Origin: Anolis carolinensis
Lineage: Eukaryota
Direction: 5' to 3'
Length of the DNA: 64,000 nt
Assembly: GCF_035594765.1 (NCBI RefSeq)
Contig: NC_085846.1
Location: 20,509,190 to 20,573,189 of the forward strand
Part shown: in pieces, positions 1-11,737 of the stretch
Layout: each line of letters opens with the position of its first letter
Numbering within the stretch: the stretch's first letter is position 1
Position numbers and translations under genes: made by a program
The notes under the pieces: model-generated
Told to the model about the DNA's origin: nothing
Databases searched by the model: none
The model's input: the letters and a program-made list of their open reading frames with translations, nothing else

Positions 1-13
1 ACTATTTAAAACT

Positions 14-1567
14 ATGCATTTGATCCTAAGGGATTTTTGGTGGCCCAAGATCCGCAAGGATGTAGAAAAATATGTCAACACCTGCCCAGTATGCCAGCGC
101 TCCAAGATACGAAGGGAAAAGCCCTCAGGGCTTTTACACCCCCTTCCTACCCCATCTCGCCCATGGGAAATAATTTCCGCGGATTTCATCACTGACCTAC
201 CACCTTCCTGTGGATTCACCACGATCTTAGTGGTGGTGGACCTTTTCACCAAGTTAGCCCATTTCATTCCCTGCGAAGGCCTCCCCACGGCCAAAGAAAC
301 TGCGGATCTATTTCTTCAGCATGTTTTCAGACTACATGGATTGCCCAAGAGTTTAGTCACAGACCGTGGATCTCAATTCACCTCTCGTTTTTGGAAGGCA
401 CTACAAAAACTACTGGGCATAGACTCTCGCTTATCTTCAGCTCATCATCCCCAAACAGATGGGCAAACGGAGCGCACCAATGCCACTTTGGAGCAGTATC
501 TTCGCTGTTATGTAAACTACCAACAGGACAATTGGGCTTCTCTGTTACCACTGTCCGAGTTTGCCTACAATAATGGAGTTCAAGCTTCTACAAAAGAAAC
601 GCCGTTCTTTGCAAACTACGGCTTCCATCCACGTTTCTTTCCCCCTGTCATTGAAACTTCAGAAGTTCCCGCAGCAGAGGATTGGTTGCAGGAACTCACA
701 GCGGTGCAACAACTTTTGCTCCAGCAACTGGACCAAGCCAAAGAGGACTATAAACGCCACGCTGACAAACACCGCCAGCCGGGCCCTGAAATCAAGGTAG
801 GAGATCGGGTTTTTCTGTCCACTCGCTTTCTGCCCTCCCACCGCCCTTGCCGGAAGTTAGATGCCCGTTTCATCGGCCCCTATCCAGTGGTGGCGCAATT
901 AAACCCCGTGACTTTCAAACTCCAACTTCCGCGTTCAATGCGCATCCACCCAGTGTTTCACCGTTCCCTGCTCCTTCCGGCGGATGGTGTGCGTCCTGAT
1001 ACAGACCAACCGGCCCCCCCTCCTGTTTTGATGAATGGGGAGGAGGAGTTCGAGGTTGAGGACATTTTGGATTCTCGCTTTCATCGCCGCCGCCTACAAT
1101 ATCTCATTGACTGGGTGGGTTTTGGGCCTGAGGAACGCTCTTGGGAAGACGCCTCCACAGTCCATGCTCCTGATCTAACCCGTCGCTTTCATCTGACCTA
1201 TCCCACCAAACCGCGACCTCGCGCCTCGGGGAGAGGATCCCAGTTTGGGAGGGGCCCTGAGGAGGGGGATAGTGTGATGAACCATGGGCCTTGTAGTCCT
1301 GCTCAGGACATTGTAATTCCTGATGAAGATGAAAACTTGGGTTTTTTACCTTCCCAGTCTGAACTGGATTCCTCTCAGCCAGATCTTTCCCAGGCAGATC
1401 TGGGAACCTTGCACCTGCAAGAAAGTTGTGCCCCAGAAGTATGTCAAACAACCCCAGAGCCTACTTCTCCCGTGTTCTTGCGCCGGGAGTTTTGTAAACA
1501 ACAGAGAAGTTTGGATTCAGCTTCGCGCAGGAGTGCGAGGATAGCAGCTAAGAATGTTGCCAATTAA
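14..1567 (+). CDS. 3' part of Ty3/Gypsy (chromovirus, sushi-like) pol: integrase + GPY motif + chromodomain; truncated by the window edge
   Basis: C-x2-C of the HHCC finger (CPVC), DDE triad (SADF, VTDRGSQF, GQTER), GPY motif, chromodomain EEFEVEDILDSR..QYLIDWVGF..EERSWE; the ORF continues into the LTR. Confidence 0.95.
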   Translation: MHLILRDFWWPKIRKDVEKYVNTCPVCQRSKIRREKPSGLLHPLPTPSRPWEIISADFITDLPPSCGFTTILVVVDLFTKLAHFIPCEGLPTAKETADLFLQHVFRLHGLPKSLVTDRGSQFTSRFWKALQKLLGIDSRLSSAHHPQTDGQTERTNATLEQYLRCYVNYQQDNWASLLPLSEFAYNNGVQASTKETPFFANYGFHPRFFPPVIETSEVPAAEDWLQELTAVQQLLLQQLDQAKEDYKRHADKHRQPGPEIKVGDRVFLSTRFLPSHRPCRKLDARFIGPYPVVAQLNPVTFKLQLPRSMRIHPVFHRSLLLPADGVRPDTDQPAPPPVLMNGEEEFEVEDILDSRFHRRRLQYLIDWVGFGPEERSWEDASTVHAPDLTRRFHLTYPTKPRPRASGRGSQFGRGPEEGDSVMNHGPCSPAQDIVIPDEDENLGFLPSQSELDSSQPDLSQADLGTLHLQESCAPEVCQTTPEPTSPVFLRREFCKQQRSLDSASRRSARIAAKNVAN

Positions 1568-2244
1568 CACTGGTTCTCGTGAGAATCTTTAAGGAGTTTA
1601 ACATCTGGTCTCAGAGTTTAGCTTTCGTTTCTGATTCCCAGAGAACCGCTTTGGTGAGAAAGTTGGACTCTATATAGGTGTTTTGCCCGCGTAGCAACTT
1701 CGCGGAGTCAATTCGTCAGCCTACGGAGCGAGTCGTGTCTGGACAGCGCGTTCCGATTCAAGCCTCGCTCATGCTCAAGCCTTGCCTTGCTATCCAGCCT
1801 TCGCCTTGCTTCCCAGCCTTGTTTACCTGCGGACCTTGCCTTGATTCCCAGGACTAATCCTTGCCTTGTTTCACGGATTTTACCAAGTTATTCCACGGAC
1901 CTTGTTCTTGTTCTTAGTTACCTTGTTCCACGTTCAAGCCTTGTTACTAGTATCAAGTTATTTCCTAGCCACGCTCAAGTTTTATGGACTAAAGGACCTT
2001 GTCATCTCCCCTCACTTTGCTTGGCAAAGTGAGTGTTTCGGTTATTGGATTACAACTTTGGACCTTAATATTTCATATTGGACATTAATTCCTTGGACTA
2101 ATTTTGACCTTTCCTGAAAGGTCTGCTTCTGGACTATCTTTTACATTTGCTTTTACTAACTTTATATATTTCCTTAATAAAGATATTAGATAGATTCTGG
2201 CTTCTGCGTATGGTTATTGGTGCTCTGTAGCCTGGGTCTTGACA
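1273..2244 (+). mobile_element. 3' LTR of the Gypsy element at the window start
   Basis: Polypurine tract GAGGAGGGGGA directly upstream; termini TGTGATGA...TCTTGACA (imperfect inverted repeat); TATATA near 1671; AATAAA 2176-2181. Confidence 0.85.
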
Positions 2245-2288
2245 TAATGGTTTGAGTGTTGGACTATGCGGTCAAGATTCAATTTCCT

Positions 2289-2986
2289 TGTGACGGCGCG
2301 AGTGGCGCCATCTATATGTCAAACTATAAGTTTCAAGATTTGAATTGTTGTGTCATTCCTGATTTTGCCTTTACCCTGTAAATGCAGTTGGATTGGTTAT
2401 TTATATCTGTCAATCAATGTTGTGTGTACCTGTTATATTGCTCACTCAGCTAAACTGTTTGGCTCCACCTCTTCCTGGAGTAGGACTGTGTTTCCTCCTT
2501 TTCATTCCACCAGCAAGCTCTCTATCGGATGGACGTGAGAGAGAGACTTGGCACTAAAAGCCCTTGAAAAGTTACCTCTCAGCACCAATTCTGAGGTTCT
2601 TGCCCTTGGGACTCACACTTCATGTTCAGGGCCAACCTGAACAACGTTGAGGAGTCTCAAGCGCCTTCACATTAGTCCTTTGGCAACAGAGGAAGACTGT
2701 GTCTTCAGACATAGGTCATTGGACTGAGGCTGAGTTTGCTCCGGCATTCACAGCCAGAGAAAGAGGGATCAGGAAAAGCTCCATGGACTTAAACAATCAA
2801 AGACTGTAATGTATATTTTCTTTTACCCCCTTTGTGAACAATAAACCCAGTTTTTGAGTTATCTACAGTGTTTTGGTCCTTGGGAGTTCCAGTTTCCCTA
2901 AAGGAGGGCAAGAAGCAATCCCCTGGGGAAAGATGTCACGTCCATGCCTCTTTCACTAAGAGTACAGCCCCAGGCGCGACGGCACA
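2289..2986 (+). mobile_element. Solo LTR (698 bp), inserted into an old MIR-like SINE remnant
   Basis: TGTGACGGC...GACGGCACA termini; 5-bp TSD TTCCT (2284-2288 / 2987-2991); AATAAA near 2840; close inverted paralogue at 47044-47739. Confidence 0.9.
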
Positions 2987-3729
2987 TTCCTGCTCAACCA
3001 TAAGACTCCACTCGGTGACTTTGGATGAGCCAAACACTCTCAGACCCAGAAAAAATAACACATTTGACTTAAAGTCACCATAAGTTGGAAATGACTCGAA
3101 GGAACAAACAACCATCGAGCTGAAGACTAGTTATGTGAAACTGTGCATCCCCTTTCCAATACCAATCTCATATTATTGGATTCCACTTATGACAAGTAGA
3201 ATATCTGCTCTGAAAATGCTATTTATGTGTTTCCAGCAAGACACATAGGGGAGAAAGAATGGAAATTCATCACCATTTTAAGTAGCAGTCCTGAGATATT
3301 TTTCTTATCTTCTTAAAATCACCATGTCAAAGATAGTATGCATTTTGAATCATGGACAAATTGTGTATAATTGCATGCAGTTCTATAACATTCTTTATCT
3401 CTCATCCCCATCCCATTTTAATGCAGATGCACCTGTATTTCGAAGAGGGAGTTGTGCATGAATGTTTAATCCTTTGCTTTGTTTAGGCATTTTTTTCTGT
3501 CTCTGTGTCTTCCTGTTTAATCATTGCTTTTATTTTTTCTGCTTTTGTGTGTATGTTTATTTATTAAATTGTAGGACATAACATCAAGCAAAATAATCAA
3601 TATCTGCTCCCCCATTATTTCTTCCCTAGTAGTTTATTTTACAACAACAAAAAGTGAAAAAAGAATAGCATGAAAATAATTATTGTCCAGACTATCTTAC
3701 AAAATATAAAATTATAGCAATTTTTTAAA

Positions 3730-3980
3730 TCGTGTCAGAAGTGACTTGATAACATACTGCATTTCGCATCTGGTTTGAGAAAATTGGCTGTTTACAGAGA
3801 TATTGCCCAGGGGACGCCCGGATGTTTGATGTTTTACCATCCTTGTGAGATGCTTCTCTCATGTCCCCGCACAGGGAGCTGGAGGTGACAGAGGGAGCTC
3901 ATCCATGCTCTCCCTGAATTTGAACTGATAACCTTCAGGTCAGCAACCCAACCTTCAAGTCAGCAGTCCTGCTGGTACAA
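3730..3980 (-). mobile_element. tRNA-headed SINE with Ingi/Vingi-like 3' end (Anolis SINE2-like)
   Basis: Same sequence recurs at 30233-30465 and partially near 25518 and 18058; family assignment is from recall. Confidence 0.6.
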
Positions 3981-4876
3981 TTTCCGCTATTTCAGCTCCT
4001 TTTACTATCCATTCTTAGGCATTGCTATCCCCAGCATTTTATTTCTCGGTTTCACATCAACTGCCATGGCTATAGAATTCTGCAATGTATAATATTTTGA
4101 GATATTTACCCTTCCCTGTCAGAGAGCTGTGGTGCATCAAAAATGTGAAGAAATGTGCAGAAATTCTTTTGGGCTTGGAAAAAGCAAAGCCTCGCAACCT
4201 GACATGAAAGAAGATTAAGATGAAAATGATGGTGTGAGATTGCACCACTATGTAATCTAAATGTGGAGATCTTAATTTCTGTAGTTTCTCTATTCTCCTA
4301 AGTTTGTAAATAAATTATCAAAATGACAAAAGCGGGTATTGTTTCCAAAAACATATGAGTCCTGATGGATCAGGTTCAAAGTCCAGAAGACCTCTGGGAT
4401 GTCCAAGTGAGAGCCACAATCTTTGTTTTCCCCTCATTGTCTAAGAGGTTTAGTATTTTTGACATAAACATTGTGTGCAGCCATGATGACCAATAGTTGA
4501 TCATAGGCTTTTCCATCAAAGGTCCATTTTTTCCTGCCATCTAATATAAAATCAACCAGTTGGCCTTATGGGTTTTATTGAACTGCAGTTCTCATTGGTC
4601 CCAACCAACACGGCCAATGGTCCAGATTAAGAGATGCTGTATCAAGGTGGTCACATTTTCCCCTTTCCTAGTTTATTTCCTAGTTTATTTCCTGTACAAC
4701 CCACAGAGGTAACATATTGAGGCATTAAGGCATAGGACATTGTAGATCTTTATTGACCCATATCAGAAATGACATTTTGAACTCATGAATTCTTAGGATA
4801 ACAGTGGAGTTTTGGTAGATGATCACAAATTACTAATTTGTGAAACTGGCTCCAATTGTTTCTCTCTCTCTCTCTC

Positions 4877-6435
4877 TTTTTTTTTTAAAATTTTTTTTAT
4901 TGATTTTTCAAAGCAAACAATAAAAGCCACTTTAGTGGACAAAGGGGAAAGTAGGGAGGTATGATAGAGAAAGGAAGGGTAGGGGAATAGGGTGTGGAAA
5001 GGGTGTGAGGACAGGGTAGGTAGGGTTTGGGAAGGACGGATCAGAGAAAAGGGAATGGGAGAATTGGGGTTGTTGCTTGACTTCCATTCTTCTCTATAAT
5101 GGTGTCTTTACTATTTGTTTAGATCCATTGTTAGCATTATTTACTTCACACATCTTCTACAATATACTCATTACTTTCTGTTTGTGGGCATTATATCAAT
5201 ATTTTGATTTTTTTCTTTTTTCATCCAATTTTTTAATGGCGTCCAGTCCATCTTGCTTTTCAGTTTATTCTGTGTTATTGATAATATAAAGGTTAATTGG
5301 TCCATATTCATTATATCCCATACTTTCTTTATCCAATCTTCTTCTCTTGGTAGTATTTTCTGTTTCCATAGTCTAGCGAGTACTAATCTGGCATCTATTG
5401 TCAGATAAATAAATAATTTGTCTTCATTTTTCCCCCATTGTGTGTTGGTCATGCCTAATAGGAAGTATTCTGGCAGTAATGGTATTTTTGTTCTCAGAAG
5501 TTTTTGACAATTATCATGGATCTCTCTCCAATAGGGTTTTTATCTTCTTGCAGGTCCACCACATATGCATGTACGGTCCTTCTCATTTACCACATTTCCA
5601 ACATTTAATGTTATGACCTTTAGTAATTTTTGTTAATTTCTTTGGAGTCAGATGCCACTGATAAAACATTTTAAACCAATTTTCTTTCATATCATAAGCA
5701 TATGTGTAATTTAATTTCTTTTTCCAAATTAATTCCCATTCCTCTAGTAAAATTGTTCTACCTATATCCCTCGCCCAGTTTACCATACACTCTTTTATTT
5801 CTTCCTTCTCCGTGCTCCAATCAAGTAGAATCCTGTATGTCCTTGCAATTTTCTTTTTTCCTTTGAGTAGCATTTCGTCCCATGATGTCACCTTATCCTC
5901 AAAGCCTTGAATTTTATCCTTATTATAGCTTTCTTTTAATTGATAGTACTGAAGCCAGATCAGATTACTATATTTTAGTTTCAATTCTTCTTGGGATTTT
6001 AATTTTAGCTCCTTTCCTTCTTTTTTCAATATATCTCTGTATGTTGGCCACATGTTCCAGCCTAATTCTTTTCTTTGGCATGCCTCCATAGGGGAGACTC
6101 AGAGGGGAGTTTTACTATAGAGTTTCTGCTTGTATTTGTTTCAGATCTTCAACAGAGCTGAGTGGATGAAATGGTTCCCGAAGTTTTTCTCAATAAGTGA
6201 TTTATTGTACCAGAGGTATGCATGCCATCTGGCTCTCAAATCATGTCCCTCTAAGATCAATATTTTTTTGTTACTTAAATTAATTCAGTCCCTTACCCAG
6301 TCCAGAGCACAGGCCTCAAAATAGATGGCTAGGTTCGGTAGGCCTAGTCCCCTTTATTTCTATCATCTGTTAACTTTGTAAAGTTTATTCTTGCTTTCTT
6401 ATTGTTCCATACAAATTTAGATATGTCTTTGTTCT
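4877..6435 (-). mobile_element. 5'-truncated, decayed L1 LINE (ORF2 C-terminus + 3' UTR + poly-A)
   Basis: Minus-strand ORF fragments 5583-6089 and 5171-5452 with L1 ORF2 C-terminal features (KCWKCGK zinc knuckle, ARLVLARLWK); T-runs at 4877-4898. Confidence 0.8.
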
Positions 6436-6965
6436 ATTCTTTGAATAGTTTCTGATTCCCTGGAAAATGTCAGTAGTTAAGGAACTGGCATCGGTTCATG
6501 AATCATCATTTTGAATAGCACTGAACTAAGACTTGTATTCTAATTATGAATAAAAATTCTCAGTAGTCTATTTTATTTATTTAAGTACAAGCTGAGAAAC
6601 ATAATATTTGCTGTATATGGAATCCTGGGATTTGTAGTTTGATGAGATACCAGTAATCTTTGGCAGAGAAGGCTAAAGATAATAAAACCATAACCCCTGT
6701 GATTCTATACCATACAGCAGTTAAAGCAATATCAATAGATTATTCAACAGTGTAGATGCTTAAAAGAGAACTTAAAAGAAGCACAGTTCCCCCTAAGGGG
6801 ACAAAGCCACAATTATGATTGTCCTACCCAGGCATTTTAAAAATCTGGAAGCAGCAACATGGGAAAATTGAGAAGGTTAGTGCTTCTTTTTGGTTCCCCT
6901 GAGGCAGAGTAATTTCCTGCTTTTATCACTCATAGGCATCTTAGAACTTTATCACATTAGCATAT

Positions 6966-7197
6966 GGAATGAGCACCTGCTGTTAGACCCAGCTCCTGCC
7001 AACCTAGCAGTTCGAAAACATGCAAATGTGAGTAGATAAATAGGTACCGCTTCGGCGGGAAGGTAACAGCATGCCACATGACCTTGGAGGTGTCTATGGA
7101 CAATGCCGGCTCTTCGGCTTAGAAATAGAGATGAGTACCAACCCCCAGCATCAGTCACGACTGGACTTAACGTCAGGGGAAACCTTTACCTTTACCT
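6966..7197 (+). mobile_element. Sauria SINE (5'-truncated)
   Basis: CCAGCTCCTGCCAACCTAGCAGTTCGAAAACATGC body and ACCTTTACCTTT tail; matches copies at 45206 and 57982. Confidence 0.85.
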
Positions 7198-7492
7198 CTA
7201 TATTAGGCAAAGATTCTTTGTGAAGGTTAATTGGTGAAACTTCCATCTTTCAAGTCACCTTGGGCCCCATGTCAAGAGAAAAGTGGAATATGAATTAGTT
7301 ATATGGTGAATAAATTGCCCAAACAAGCTCTTACTTATGAATTATTTGAGACTCTTTTTATGTGGAAGGGGTCCTCTAGTTTTAACTTTTGCATGCCCCC
7401 CATGATTTTAATTGTATTGATATGTTTTACTTAATTTGTTTTTTTGTTTGTGAGCTGCCTGGGATCCTACACTAGGAGAAAGGCAGCATATA

Positions 7493-8454
7493 TGTTGTTA
7501 TGGAATCTTTGAGTAGTGATACTACTAGGAGTACTAGAAGGGGAAGAAATACTACTCGTGAGCAAGACTCTGAGGAGGAGCGACAAAGGAAGCAGATCCG
7601 GAAAATACTTACAGAGCCTACTGATGAGGACTCATTTGAGGGCTTTGAAGGGGATGATGGGGTTGAGAATTAGGAGGATGGGATGACAAGTTCAGAGAAT
7701 GACGTAATGGACTGGACTAAGGTGCGGGACATCTGTGAAGAGCCCATAAGTAGTGACACGTTTGAGAGTTGGCACAGTGGGGATCTGGCTGGGTCTTGGG
7801 GAGTTATGGGTTTGGATAAAAGATGGAAAGATTGGAGGGATCGACAAGGGGTTTCAGCTGAAAGGAGGTCTGGTTGGGCGTTGCCTGATTCCAGTTCTGA
7901 GGAGGAACTGAGGCAAGAGGCTTCAGCTGCTAGCAGGGTGTTGGCTGATTCCAGTTCTGAGGATGATTTGTGAATAAAAGTGGAATTGGGAAATGCGGCC
8001 CTTGCAGTAGGCAAGGTGTTGATGGGTATTCGTGTGACCTTAAGAGCTGTTTGGAAGACTACTGTGGACCTGCCATGCTGCGTTCTACATTTTGGCTCTG
8101 TGTACGACCTGGACTGGATTTTCATGTTTGCTGCCTTCTCCTACTTTGACCCGGATTGGATTCAACGACGACGACATCGTGCTTGACTGACTTTGCCAGA
8201 TGACTTCGGCCCCCTACTGTTAGTCTTTTCCTGCCTGCTGGAGTCCTGCTGTGAATTGGCATGCTTTTCCTGTTGTTTTGCAGGCTTGGAATTTGAACCA
8301 GATTATATTCTGGTTAAATCCGGGTTATTTTCCAGGGCTCGGGTTTTGCTTTGACTGTGCTTTGAGTTTGTTTTTGGGCTCTTTTGTTGTGAACTAATAA
8401 ACTCTACTTTTACTAAAGACTGGTCTGGCGCTTTAAGGGGTCTGTCTTGCAACA
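7493..8454 (+). mobile_element. Solo LTR (962 bp)
   Basis: TGTTG...CAACA termini; 5-bp TSD ATATA (7488-7492 / 8455-8459); AATAAA near 8396. Confidence 0.9.
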
Positions 8455-9989
8455 ATATAAATGCAATCAATCTTTTGCAACCAGGAGAATTGTGTAGTGA
8501 TGAACTATTCTACATTATTCTACTATATTGTCTTACAAACAGATAATTTGCCTTATATTTCATGCCATGTACTGGAAGAAGAGAAAGCATGATGATATTT
8601 GATCATATAAATTTGAACACCATTCCATTGGCCATGTGATCAGGTACTGTACTTTGCTTTTCTTAGAGGCATTTCAACCTACAAATACTAATAATGTCTC
8701 TGAGGATTTTTGTCACTGAAGTTTCCTGGGCTCTCTGGGCTGTTATCTTCAGTAATGCACCCAGAGCAGGCAAGCATAAAATGCCTTTTTTGAAAGAAGC
8801 ACATATACTATTAATCCATACTACTTTTACAGGCGAAGACATGAAGTAGAAGAATGTTCATCATACGACACATGCCTTTAGATGAAGCCTCAGCCAAGAT
8901 ATCATAGAATGATAAGAATGAGAATGCAACAGTGAGAGGTAAACCTCAATTTCATACCCTTCCTCAATTCCAGACCTCTTCTGTAATGTTAGTAAGAAAA
9001 TATCAGAATAGTCCAAAATGCTTTGAATGGTTTAATGTAGTTCTTACTGCTGTCACTGTTGTATGCCTTCAAGTTGTTTCTGAACTATGGCAATTCTAAG
9101 ATGAATCTATCACAGGATATCTTTGACAAGATTTGCTCAGAGATGGTCTGCCATTTCCTTCAATAATACAATATTTGTCAGCAATTATTGTTCTCGCTCT
9201 CTTCCCCCAATCTATCTGTAATATGGAGCAAATACTGGAATGGGGTAATGAAAGCAAAGTTTTCTGACTACATGAAATATGGTATAAAATGTAAACTGTT
9301 GTAACTAGTCAGATGAAATATTTGAACTAAAGATGCTATTAGTTAGTCTTTGACTATTTTTTTAAATTGGGCTGTCTCTATCTTCACTTGGGTAACTAAC
9401 ATTCATACAGAGTAAAATATTGTCATTGATGAGTATAGTAACTGGCTCAATGTATGCTTCTTTCTGTATAGTGTGGAGTCCAGTGAGTGAGACTAATTCT
9501 AGGTGTATTGTACTGAGTCCTGTTGAAATGGCCCAGTAATCAGTACACCTTGTTTAGGGCTATAAAAACATTCAGGATTGCACTGCAGCTGTGTGGATAA
9601 AGTCACTTGTGCACCAGCATTCCCACCTATTCTGCCTGTCTCCCCCTCTATCTGCCTTTCTCCTTCTTGTCTTTCTCACAAACCCTCATATAATATTTTA
9701 TAACTAATGCACATTGGCATGTTGTCTTTTTCTGAACCTCCCATTCCATAACTCAATAGTGTCTTCAGTTTGCACAAACCTATTATATAGCTCTACTGTG
9801 ATAGATATGTTAAGTACTTTAGATAGCATCTAATAATGTCAGAAGAACCAATTCTTTTGTTTGTTTATTTATTGCTAAGCAGTTATTAACTGGAGTGAGA
9901 GAGAATCATTGTTCTACTGCTTATGTAGGATGATCTTTGGAATTTGCCTTGAATGGCAAATTGTCACTATGCTTGCTGCAAGAGTTAGA

Positions 9990-10740
9990 GTGCCTATTTG
10001 CCACCCATTGGCAGAAACTGTAGTCTTTGCACATAACCAGGCATGGAAGACATTTCAAACCGTCCTTTTGTCTTTTAGAAATGTCTAATGTTTGGGAAGT
10101 TTTTCCTATCTGCATCCACCTGTTAAAGGAAGAGTGTAAACCAAAATGGTGCTGATGTGCTTTGGACATTTTTAAATAATCAAGAGAAGTCTAGTGTTGT
10201 TTCTGGTATTCGTAGGAATCTTCCAAAACCATATTGAGATCATTGTAGATTATAAATATCCACACTGGTGGACTGCAAATATATGATGTGGCAAGGGCAG
10301 ATCCTTATGAATCTTCTTCTGACAACAGGAATTTCATTTGGGGCTTGAATGTCTGGTGGGAGTTCAAACAATAATTCTCCTCTGTTACTAATATAAATCC
10401 GAGGTGAAGAGGAATTCAGAGGGCTTATAGTGCTTGCATCTTTTGGACAGGAATATAACATGGTTGGCTATGCCAGTAGACATAATGAGATTGCTATTTG
10501 AGAAAACATTTCAATGGCCATGGACAGGGAATAATCTGTTTTTAAATCATTATGATATCATAAGAGATGGGGTAGAGATAATGGTGAAGTGTTCCTGGAA
10601 AGTGCTCTGAAATGACTGCAACAACTTGCTTTGGCAATCTTTGAGAAAGGAAAATAAAAAGCTTTCACAAATGTTCTTGGCCGTGGAAAGAAAAGATGTC
10701 ACAAATTATCTCCATTTGTTATAAGAGTGTTTGCATTTTC
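9990..10740 (+). pseudogene. Ancient, heavily degraded Gypsy pol remnant (RNase H to start of integrase)
   Basis: Collinear decayed motifs: RPFV (~10062), EIIVDYK..WWTA (cf. EVxTDHKNL; ~10237), WP..RKDVTNY..EC (cf. WWPKIRKDVEKYV..C; ~10677-10730). Confidence 0.45.
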
Positions 10741-11192
10741 ATGGGACTATTATTATTACTTGCATTTCAGGAAAACATTGTGGAAAAAATTGGTAAGATC
10801 CTGCACCATCAGATTTAACTATGCATGCATTTGCAGTAAAAAAATTTTAATGAAGTTTGACACCACTTTAACTGTGATGGGTCAATGCAATAGAATCATG
10901 GGATTTGTAGTTTTACAAGGCCTTTTGGCTTCTCTGCCAAAGCATACTGGTGCCCTACCAAACTAAGAATTCCAGGATTACATAGCATTGTGCCATATCA
11001 TTTAAAGTAATGTCATACTGCATTAATTCTACATTAATGCATTCAATAATAATAATAAGAATACTTTTTATACCCAGCCCCATCTCCCAAAAAGGGATTC
11101 CGAGCCGCTTACAAGCCCATGACAATGGAGTTCCACTGACGCAGCTATACCTGACAATGCCACTCCCACCAAACTTACCTTTTCATCTAGAT

Positions 11193-11327
11193 CAGTGGTT
11201 CTCAAACTGTAGGTCCACAGATGTTTTGGCCTTCAGCTCCCAGAAATCGTAACAGCTGCTAAACTGACTGGCATTTCTGGGAGTTGTAGGCCAAAACACC
11301 TGGGGACCCACAGGTTAAGAACCACTA
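11193..11327. mobile_element. hAT (Charlie-like) MITE
   Basis: CAGTGGTTCTCAA / TTAAGAACCACT terminal inverted repeats; only a partly conserved 8-bp TSD. Confidence 0.65.
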
Positions 11328-11737
11328 ATCTTGAGAGTGTTTATACTGAAGGTTTTCTGAGACCCTGCAGATTGGGCCACTCCGAAATGATGTATCCTCC
11401 ACATGGGTCCTGCCACAACTGCTTGTCTCAATGTGCCTTTTCACATGATCTGAATAGTGCTGAATAGTCATTTTCCAGCACTCCAATTTGCAGTGTCTCA
11501 AACTCATGGCTGATGTGTTGCCTAAAGGTTTTGGGGGCCCATTCCATCACTAATGACTGTAAAACTGAACTCTTAAAATTATTAGATAAGTCTGATTATG
11601 ATCTCATAACTATTTAAAGGATGGCAACATAAAAATGGGATAAACAATGAACAATCTTTATTGTTTCAAAATAAATCTTACTCTAATTTTGCTTTTTTTC
11701 CCCTCTACAGAAGTGCAGTAAAGAACCATAGAAGGAA

